This document shows positions 12,269 through 20,990 of a stretch of DNA of 64,000 nt, piece after piece; position 1 is the first letter of the stretch, and every line of letters starts with the position of its first letter. The notes under the pieces were generated by a model. It saw only the letters and a list, made by a program, of their open reading frames with translations, was not told the DNA's origin and did not search any database. The stretch covers positions 1,078,091 to 1,142,090 of the forward strand of contig RDEW01000011.1 of the NCBI GenBank assembly GCA_011109175.1, read 5' to 3'. This DNA comes from Dicyema japonicum (taxonomy: Eukaryota; Animalia; Dicyemida). A program made the position numbers and the translations under genes.

Positions 12269-12379
12269 GGACGATTTCCATTTTGTTTGATTGGCTTTTT
12301 AAATCGGTACATTGAGGATCGATATTTAACGGCTCGTATTTAACCGTATCTCATTCTCAACCGGTCACATTAATTACCC

Positions 12380-12950
12380 ATCAAAAAACACAAGAACACC
12401 TCAAAGGAACTCTGACAATCCAACCTCTCCAAATATCACACTCTTAACCACAGCTTTTAACAACGACTAATTGGTCCGTCATCTACGACACCTGAAGTGA
12501 TCATAACCCTATTCTGCTAAAAATCAAAAGCGAAATTACCAGTGGAAAGGAGAAACCTGCATATACAATCTTGCTATTATTCCGATCAGTTGAAGACCAA
12601 CATTTGGCTAATATACAGCTGGAAATCTTTACCTCCCTTGACATAGTGGTTCCATACGTCGATAAAGTCATCCTGGAAGCAAGAACAATGGCTGTTCTTA
12701 AAGAATATGCGGTTTACACGAGAGAGTACGGAAGGAAGGTTTTAGTCAAGGTACGGAACCGTCTCAAAAAAGCAGGGATCCGTTCTTCCGAAGCAAGGAT
12801 CCGTCTAAAAGTTCTGAACAAGGAAATTAAACCCAGTGAATTCAAAATACAGAGAGCTAAATGGAAGATGGTCCTTACATCATTAAATCGTAACCGGTCA
12901 ACATCAGAAGTCTGAAAAACAATCTGAAATATCTCGAAGATGGATGGAAA
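12380..12950 (+). mobile_element. Ingi-like LINE relic (end of APE plus linker)
   Basis: PSKNTRTPQRNSDNPTSPNITL and RIRLKVLNKEIK parallel the element at 51830-52380. Confidence 0.65.
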
Positions 12951-12979
12951 AATTCCCCCAATTGGGGTCGCATTGTATT

Positions 12980-13270
12980 ATTTTTCTGAGAGCACTTTTA
13001 AAATTCTCATTTTCTCAGAGCAGAAGTTAATATGTTCTCAATATGTCTGAAAAAAGGAAAGTCGCTGATCAAATGTGACTCCCATAATCTTCGGTGTGTG
13101 GATAATAGGAATAGCTAAGTTCTTCATAAAGATTTTTAGTTCATAAACTGTCCTTTGTAAGTGGTAAACAGTGTGACAAAGGACTTTGTTGCTGATGCGT
13201 CGAGTCTCCGCTTAGAGAGCCATAGTTCCAGCTTGTAGAGCATTTGTTGAGCGGACTGAGTCGCTGATTG
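12980..13270 (-). mobile_element. LINE RT C-terminal relic
   Basis: KSFVTLFTT...PKIMGVTFDQRLSF..HIENI. Confidence 0.65.
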
Positions 13271-13279
13271 AATGCTTAG

Positions 13280-13570
13280 TTATGTTTGAGAAAAGATGGC
13301 TTTTTCGTCGGAGGAAATGTAAAAATATCATTTTTTTCATAAAATTACGAACCATCTGAGGACCAACATGAGTTCCACTAACATCTTTAAGAATGTTGGC
13401 ACACTTCAAAGCATTAAAATTAGAATCATTATACCTTTCATTTTCAATAATGGCCAGATCACTTTCATTCAAAACACCCGAACGCCCAGATCCTGCGTTT
13501 CTGGCAACAGTACCGAGCAAACAATAATAGGGATCTACCGTAGAACTACAAATTTCAAGGTATGTTTTTC
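13280..13570 (-). mobile_element. Tc1 transposase N-terminal (HTH) relic
   Basis: RNAGSGRSGVLNESDL...VGPQMVRNFMKK...KKP. Collinear with the FSDE fragment at 4620-4750. Confidence 0.7.
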
Positions 13571-14179
13571 CAAGACGATAAATTGCTAAATTTTTCCTTT
13601 TTCTGTTGGTGTCAAATCGAAAATCATCGAAATAAACCAGAAACGTGAAATTAAAGGTCATTTTATTCAATAAAAGGTTATTTTATGTAATAAAAATAAG
13701 TTAATAAATCTTGTTCGATTTTTTTGCCGATTGTAATTTATGCTGGTCAGTTTTCTTATATCAAGACATAATAATAAAAATTTTAGTGTCATTTCTTATG
13801 ATCACCAAGGGGCCCGAAGTCAATGCTAAAAAGCAAAAGAACAGGCAAAGTTAAACAGGTGTATTAACACTAATATGTAAATAAACTGTTTGCAACATTG
13901 AAGAAGACGTCAACCATGAAAATTGGACTGTAAAGTTTATTAAAATCTAATAAGTGGAATGTTACTTTGAATCTTAATAAAATGAAAAATGCAATGTTCA
14001 AACTAGTCCAGACATGATTTCGATTTAATCGCCTTAACGCTATGAGGGAAAAAAAGATTGGTCCCAAAAATTTGATCTACTTAATTTCTTGAGTAAAGTT
14101 TATTAGCGGGACGGGTTACTAATCATGTAGAAAATGTATAACATGGCATGTGACGACAAAAATTTTAATAGAAAAAATC

Positions 14180-14252
14180 AGACCCCGACGGGATTCGAAC
14201 CCGCGATCAACTGGATAGAAGCCAGACGCCTTATCCTCTAGGCCACGGAGCC
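14180..14252 (-). tRNA. trnR-TCT: tRNA-Arg (anticodon TCT), intronless
   Basis: GGCTCCG-TG-GCCT..AGGC-G-TCTGG-CTTCTAT-CCAGT-TGATC-GCGGG-TTCGAAT-CCCGT-CGGGGTC-T cloverleaf, 73 nt. T6 Pol III terminator just downstream. Confidence 0.93.
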
Positions 14253-14849
14253 ATTATTAATATATTAATTCTCTAATTAGAATATTACATTTAACCAAAT
14301 TAAAGAGTTACTATATATTGTGTACATAAAACAATAACTAATTGATGAACTTACTCGCATGTACCCCAAATTAAACAGTTGCTAATATATAGTGTACATT
14401 AAATTTGTCACTAATAATTCTTTTTCTTCTAATTTAGTAATTGTAGTGGAGAAATATGAGACACAATTATTTTTATATATTTTAACGTTTAAATGACTTG
14501 CAACGACTGGCAACTGTAAAGTAAAACTCATTTGTAGATTAAACATTGTTGTTGAGTGCAGATTATAAAAATGTAGATAAAATACTAACTTTCACCAACT
14601 GTCTCTATAGCTTTGATAATAGAGATAATTGATATATCAACAAATATCCTCGCATTACGGCAAATAACCTTTAATAGCTGACACGTAAACGAATGATAAA
14701 AAGGTTAATTTCAAAAGCACCTGTATTAACATAACAAATAATGAGTTTCCTTTTTAATCATTAACATTAGGATATGTGTAACTATATTTTTTGGTAAAAA
14801 AATCTTAAAACTCATAATGAGGTTGGATTTTTATTATCGTTGAGATCAA

Positions 14850-15090
14850 TGCGTGGAAGAGCTGTTTCAGTACCTATCCCAGAAATTGCACCAATGACTA
14901 ATTTTTATAGAATCTTTGAAAATCTTTGTTAGAAGAAAAAATCAAAAAGCCCGATCTTTAATTTTGATAATGCTCGTATTCCTAATCTCAATCAGATTAA
15001 CAAGTGATTGAGATAGCAAACCTCCATGGTGCATATTTACCCCCTTACTTACCATTTATCAATCCAATTGAGAATTTATTAAGCAAATAA
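14850..15090 (+). mobile_element. IS630/Tc1-family DDE transposase relic
   Basis: FDNARIP...YLPPYLPFINPIENLLSK. Confidence 0.75.
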
Positions 15091-15192
15091 GCTGTCTCCG
15101 GAAGAGGGCCTGAAAATGTGAAAAAGGTTGTTTTTAGTGCAAATGGTAAGGAAACCTTATAAAAAATCAGCCAATAAGTAAAATAAAATTAA

Positions 15193-15911
15193 TTATAGGT
15201 CATCAATACTATTCATAGCATCCATTATATTCCTTCTGGCCTCATCATAATCCTCAAAATTAAGGCTTGAGATTGCCATTCTTAAACATCGAATAGATTT
15301 TTCAGCCATGATAGCAGCGTTTGCTTTCCTCTCAACAGAGATCACTCGTGATCCACCAGTCTGACGAGGATTGCTATTTTGATGGACTTGAATATCCTCC
15401 ACAGACTTTTTAGGGGAGTGGAGCTTTTTCCAGACTTGATATCATTTATCCTCATAAGGGAGGCCTGTCTGATATTAAGGAGCTAAGGATCAAACAAATA
15501 ACCCACGTGGTCGTCTACTTGACCGAAATATTCCATGCAGACCACAAGAAGTGAAGCAGTGTAATATATGAGAGCAGTGTTACTACATGTAAACCTAATC
15601 AATAACTTGGAATTCTCCTTTGACTGAGCATTTTCAAATATATCCTGTATAACTTCACTCATGAACTCCTTCTCGTCCTGGGGAGACTATTGGATTTTTT
15701 AAATGCTTCTGCTTGGGACATGTAGGTTTTTAGATAATTTTCCGATTCTGGAGTCCTGTTGCTGTCGACAATACCTGTTTGAATGATGTACAATTTCACT
15801 AAAATGTATAAATAATGCACCATAATAGGAGACCATAGGTTGACTTATTTCTAGTGTTTTTGCGAGCTTTATAAATGGTTTTAATGATTCCAGGTTAGGT
15901 GGCACATTCAT
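15193..15911 (-). CDS. VTA1: Vacuolar protein sorting-associated VTA1/LIP5 (MIT domains plus C-terminal VSL)
   Basis: PMVSYYVKLYIIQTG, YYTASLL...YFGQVD, DIKSGK, C-terminal AISSLNFEDYDEARRNIMDAM. Introns at 15799-15820 (22 nt), 15483-15506 (24 nt) and possibly 15583-15606 (24 nt). Needs one extra base in each of two G4 runs (~15413, ~15680). Confidence 0.85.
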
Positions 15912-16429
15912 GATATTATTTAAACTTATAAATATATTCAATTATTTTAAAAATTTTGTAATAATATTTTTTTAATTTTAGAGAAATACAAAGTTCAATC
16001 GTTGAATTAACGACACTGTGCAACTTAACTAGCTAATCGTCTTAGTTGATGGACTTGTAGGTTTGTATCAACTATTGACAATATCATAAGTTTATGAGTT
16101 TGATTTTTGTTGTCTACATGGTCGAATACTTCATTTGATCCGTCTTTGAGAGGTTTCCAGCTCCTACTTACTCACAAAAGGATCATTTGGATTTCTCGTT
16201 TTACTCAATCATTCCTTCATGGTTCTCATAATTGTGACGTTCATGGGATATACGCTTTCGAGAGGAATAACTAACGTGGCAGATAAAAATAAACGTCCTT
16301 CTTTCAAGATGTAACGTAAACAGGCAAAAAATATGGAAAACTTCCTTTCCGGGTTATAAAGAGATGTAGCTTAATGTATTTACTAATAATTCATTGGGCT
16401 ACATTGTAATATTATTTGCGGAATACAAT

Positions 16430-17330
16430 TAGCAAAGAAGGCGTGAGTATCACGCAGGCAAATTCCGAATAAGAATCTTCCTCCCATGGCTATTGGTTTA
16501 TAAAACGTACATATTTGAGTTGAAAATATGTGAAATTGAAAATTATGTAATGGAAGTGTTCGAACAAGTTAATTCTGCGCTTGCAGAGATCTTCAGTGCA
16601 TGAATAAATTTTATTTTCCTAGAAGATCCGGTAATTTGAATTCAATGGTGCATGGGAAACCTGACGTTTCAACAAAATAGTCTCGGGTAGCTCGTTCTGA
16701 TTTTCGGCCCTCTTTCTATGGGGGGCAACGTCTTGACAAAAGGTTTCTGTTTAAAGGGGACGATGATGAAGACCAAATCTGTCAAATCTGGTCACTCGCG
16801 TTGTGACGGATGCGCCATACAGGTTTCAGTCTGAGTCGTAATGAGATCTCGATCCAAATACATCATCAGATTCTGTGGCAGTGGTAGGTGCTTGTTTGAA
16901 AAAATTCTGTAGGTGTCGAAAATTGGTTGTGGAGTCACCTTAAAGAAAGTTACTTAATCCATACTAGAGTAATTTAGAACGAACTAAAGGACTTCTACTT
17001 CCTTGTTTAAACTTTGTGCCTCCCATATTTTGTTAGAGTAAGTAGAGTAGTTAGGGAAATGAAATCCTTCAATAAAAAGATGTTGTTGTTTATGGCAACT
17101 GCGAGAGACTCCTTTCCGCAACAAAATCGATTAAGTAGCAGCGCAAAGGATGCAAAACTAAGCAGAAATACCCGGTCATATTTAGTTTATCCTGATGACA
17201 TCCTCAATATTATTGAAAAGATACGAAAACCTCACCAGAATAGTCCATTAAAAATGTCGCTCTGAAATGAGACACAAGATTGATTCAGAGTCCATGGTTG
17301 TGAGATGACTGAAACACGAACTAACACTCT
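16430..17330 (-). mobile_element. Heavily decayed CRE-like non-LTR RT region
   Basis: NLYGASV...RPL and PIAMGG..GI..RD..AF resemble the CRE motifs LYGA.L.AL.K..GG.RPI and LP...GGLGIR. Weak match. Confidence 0.4.
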
Positions 17331-18080
17331 TGCATGTACAACAGAGGCATAGAGAACCGTTCCATACAAGTGTGCTCACAGCATCAAGAAATCTCAACAA
17401 AGACAGGAAATTTCACGGTTCTGAGTTCTGATCCGGCAAAAAAAGTAAACATGACCTTGTTGGTACGGTTTTCTTTGAATCCATATCTTCTTGTATTTCC
17501 ACGAGACGCTTATTACCACACATGGACAAGACACTTAATTTGTCTCTATTTGCCATAAACAAATCCAAAGGATTTCTTGTCGAAATAATAAATTTGAAAA
17601 ATAACTTTAGGAATTTATTCAACTTAATTTCACACGTTACTCAAAATTTGTAATGAAAAATTTCAAAAACCAGGGTGAAGCCAACAAATATTACCCCAAC
17701 ATGTTGCAGAATAGACATTATGTTCCTCTATCAAACACACACATGATTAACTAAGTCAACTAATAATTACAAATTAATAGTTCAATTAATAAACCACAAA
17801 AAATTGTTAAACGGATAAAATTAAATATTTAATAACGCGGATATACTTAAAGGTATATCTTAAGATATATCCAGTTCCTACAGAAAGCAAATTTGCCATT
17901 GTGGAAACCCGAACAAATATTGGGCACCTTTTGGACAAGTGGATCGAGTGACGCCATTATTTATTATTTATTAACATTAAAACCATAAATTTTAAAAGCA
18001 GACGTACAAATTAAATTTATTATAAAATGATATTAAATTCTTTATTTTACAAAAATAAATTAAATAAATTTTTTAAATTT

Positions 18081-19026
18081 ATGACCATTTGTGGGATGCT
18101 TAGAAAGAGATTCAAAGCTGAACCTGCGGGATTATTACTATGACATTAACTTATTCTCTATTTATTTTCTCAGAATATGCGACATGCATTGTATTGGTTC
18201 CATCAATCACACCAAATTTGTACTTTATCCGATAACCCTAGATTTGTCAGAATTATCGTTACCACACTATTTACTGCTCTCTTACTATTTACCATAATTT
18301 TCCACATTGTCTGTTTTATCACCGACCCGGGAGAGATCTCAAAATGCAACTACTCCTGTACGTTTGCCAACTGCCTGTCCGAATACGTGAGTCCTCTAGT
18401 TATCATAGGAACTGAGAGGATGGAACAAATGCGCCTGCTGCGACCTGTTCCGTCCCCCACGTGCACACCACTGCACAGTGTGTAATATATGTATTTATGG
18501 GATGGATCATCACTGTCCATGGTAAATTATAATGTAATATTAGGATTAATAATTGTGTGGGGAAATGAATAAAAAATCATTTATTCAGTTTATATTCTAT
18601 TTGAGTTATTTTTTGTATTATTTAGTACTGACTTGTCTCCTGTCTCTGGTTTTGGGTATAGTATACTTTGTGAGACATCCTATAAAGACAGAGGATATAT
18701 CTAGAATTGAGAATATAGTGGTGATTGTGCTGATGTTCCTCTCATGTCTCTTTCTGCTATTTATTATTGCTGTATTGGTTGAACAGGTTGTGTTTGGGTG
18801 GTATTGTGGGTGTCCTCCATATTTACTGGGATGAGTAGAATAGACCGATTGAAGTCATATGATGTGCTTGCTAATATCCCTTCTAAGACGGTGGCCTTTA
18901 CCAATGTTATGGGAGGGAGTTAGTTTTGTAGAGACTTTAGATTTTGTTAGTTGGTTCTGTTCTGTTAAACAACATCGATTTTTGGAGGATGTCATTGATA
19001 GTGAATGTTCTATTATTTTTGAATAA
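18081..19026 (+). CDS. ZDHHC3/7-like: DHHC palmitoyltransferase, zDHHC3/7-like
   Basis: [41 protein letters not shown], four hydrophobic segments. Introns at 18220-18241, 18387-18408, 18522-18543 and 18919-18940 (all 22 nt), probably also 18605-18625 (21 nt) and 18787-18809 (23 nt, GT..GG). Needs +C at ~18124 and +G at ~18560. Confidence 0.9.
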
Positions 19027-19884
19027 ATTAATAATTTGTTGTTTGATGGTTATTTATGGATTTATTTACCCCCTGTTTTTATTACGCAAAAGAAGGCATT
19101 GTTGATTAAGAATGTCAGTGTCAAACAAGAAGTGCCAATTAATTATTATAATCTAACCCAATCAACCGTGAGTCACCTAATATGGTGTGTAATACTTTCA
19201 CAAGGTGTCCTGCATCAAAGACTATCAACGTCTCTAATAATTCTTTGAAACTTTTCCTATAGACGTAATAAAACAACAATTGGAGGATGTAAAAGCATAA
19301 CTCCTGGGGACCTTTTACCTGTTTATCGAAAAGGCTGACTTAAGGTAATCAATGCATTGTTGTGCTTATTCAATCTACTAGGAAGAGAAAAATAGCTAAA
19401 AATTTATAGGCCAACTGCACTGATTACGGAATGTAGTCTTTAATAGATTTTCTAATCTGACGATAAAAAATTAAATTATCTGAAGTTCCAAGAGTATGTC
19501 TTGATCAGAAGGGATTCGTACAAAAATTACATCTAGACAAAAAAAAACTGCATGTTGAAGTTACTTTTTGCATTTTTATTTAAGTCTGGAGACTTTTTTG
19601 TATATTTATCGAGTTATTGAACAATCTTAATTAATGGTTTTCAAGGATATCAAAGCAACAAGAAAAAAAAATGTTATCAAATATGCTTATCGATTTGATT
19701 CTGATTGAAATTTCCATCTCAATTGCTATAAGAGGCATTAAGGAAATATTACACCTCTTGGATTCTTAATTTACGGGGGATGCAATAGAGATTATCATAT
19801 AAATTGACCCTCTATCCGTGCTTTGAACTAAAAACTGGTTTCTTGGTCTTTGGTTTACTCCCTATCCATAGATAGTGTTTTGAG

Positions 19885-20650
19885 TATAATGGATAATAAA
19901 AATTCTCTACTTTCCATATATCTACGTTTTTATTTCTATTTTAAACATAAACTGAAAATATCTGAGTTTCTTACCCCATCAACCAATACCTGGCGGTGGC
20001 TCAGTCACATCTCAACCAGGTGTGACTGGTTATCCGCAAACATCCTGTCTTTATTTGTATCCGAGTATCAGGTCACCCTGTTCACTACAAACACAAGATT
20101 TATAGGTGGACTCGAGATATTATTTGGCGACATACCTATTTTTCTCGCGAATCTAGAGGATCTTTGGAGTAACTTTAGACTCTTTAATGACGTTCTTCCA
20201 GTCACATGGCAAAAGTGTCAACCAAGGGGCATCGAAAGTGGAATATTCCAAAGGCTATCATAAATAAGAGCCCTTTTCTATCTTCAGATTGTATCCGTGA
20301 ACTCTACGTTCAAGTTATCGTGCGACAATTGAAGATGCTAGTTCTATTTGGAGATTTGCCCTTTCCTATCTAAGGATCGAGTGTGAACCCCACGGCTCAT
20401 GCAAGTCGACAGTTCATCCATAATTTATCTTTTTTCTGAGGAGGCGACGCTGAGAAATGGCCAAGGTTTTTTACGTTTCGTGAAGGGGCTAAGATTTCTA
20501 CAGTTTTAAAGGAATGGTTCCTCATTCAGAAAAACTCCGATCAACCATCAAGAAGTATACCCCGATAGAATTTTTCTATATACAAACTTTGCTAACAGAA
20601 CATTCAATGAGCGTTCAAGAGATATTGGAGGCTGGGATTATCAAATTAGT
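19885..20650 (+). mobile_element. Ingi-like LINE RT C-terminal relic (shorter copy at ~35845-36250)
   Basis: DWLSAN...QVTLFTT...GVTLDSLMTF..H. Confidence 0.7.
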
Positions 20651-20990
20651 TGGTTTAAACTTTCTTTGTGGTTTTGTGTTTTAAATAGAAAACTAATATC
20701 TGGTTAGATAGAACTACTGAGTTAATTGTAGAGTCTCACATTTTTCTGTATAAACGGGATAACAAAAATTTAAAAGATTTGTTCTAATGTATTGTACATA
20801 ATCTCCTACTACTGAAAGTGTTGTGGATTTATGACAACTTAACATATTCAAGGATCACATTTACTTCTACATTATAGATAAAAAGTCTATTTTAATACTA
20901 AAACCGATATTCACATGAAAATCTAGACCTATCGAGAGAATTATGCCATAAAGTATTAATTTGTCGACTATTTTGAAGATAATTGACGTT

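Larger units (their letters stand above)
4870..12376 (+). mobile_element. Inner TIR DNA transposon (MULE-like transposase relic at ~5100-5960); host of the LINE array
   Basis: ~50-bp imperfect TIR taattaatgtgaccggttga...aatacgagccgttaa at 4870-4920 and inverted at 12326-12376. Decayed peptides (VVHFTLLQK, IMVVIDF, YGC..QCLARRL, MWKN) are reminiscent of MULE transposase. TSD ambiguous, so the superfamily call is tentative. Confidence 0.6.
4753..12975. mobile_element. Outer TIR pair, Tc1/mariner-type, TA-flanked, enclosing nested elements
   Basis: ta|cagtgcgaccccgaattgg versus inverted ccaattggggtcgcattg|ta (one mismatch, one indel). Confidence 0.6.

Noticed and set aside
6569-12276. CRISPR-like array or telomeric HeT-A/TART-type array
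   Set aside because: The repeats are variable-length TSDs around LINE pieces, and the array is internal and bounded by TIRs.
12976-13070. Direct continuation of the Tc1 transposase across the TA site
   Set aside because: The segment translates better as LINE RT (GVTFDQRLSF..HI), so the Tc1 halves are not cleanly rejoined at this TA.
15410-18565. Insertional RNA editing or programmed frameshifting in host genes
   Set aside because: The missing bases are C in some cases and G in another, always in homopolymers, and the paralogous copy has the extra C. An artefact is more parsimonious.
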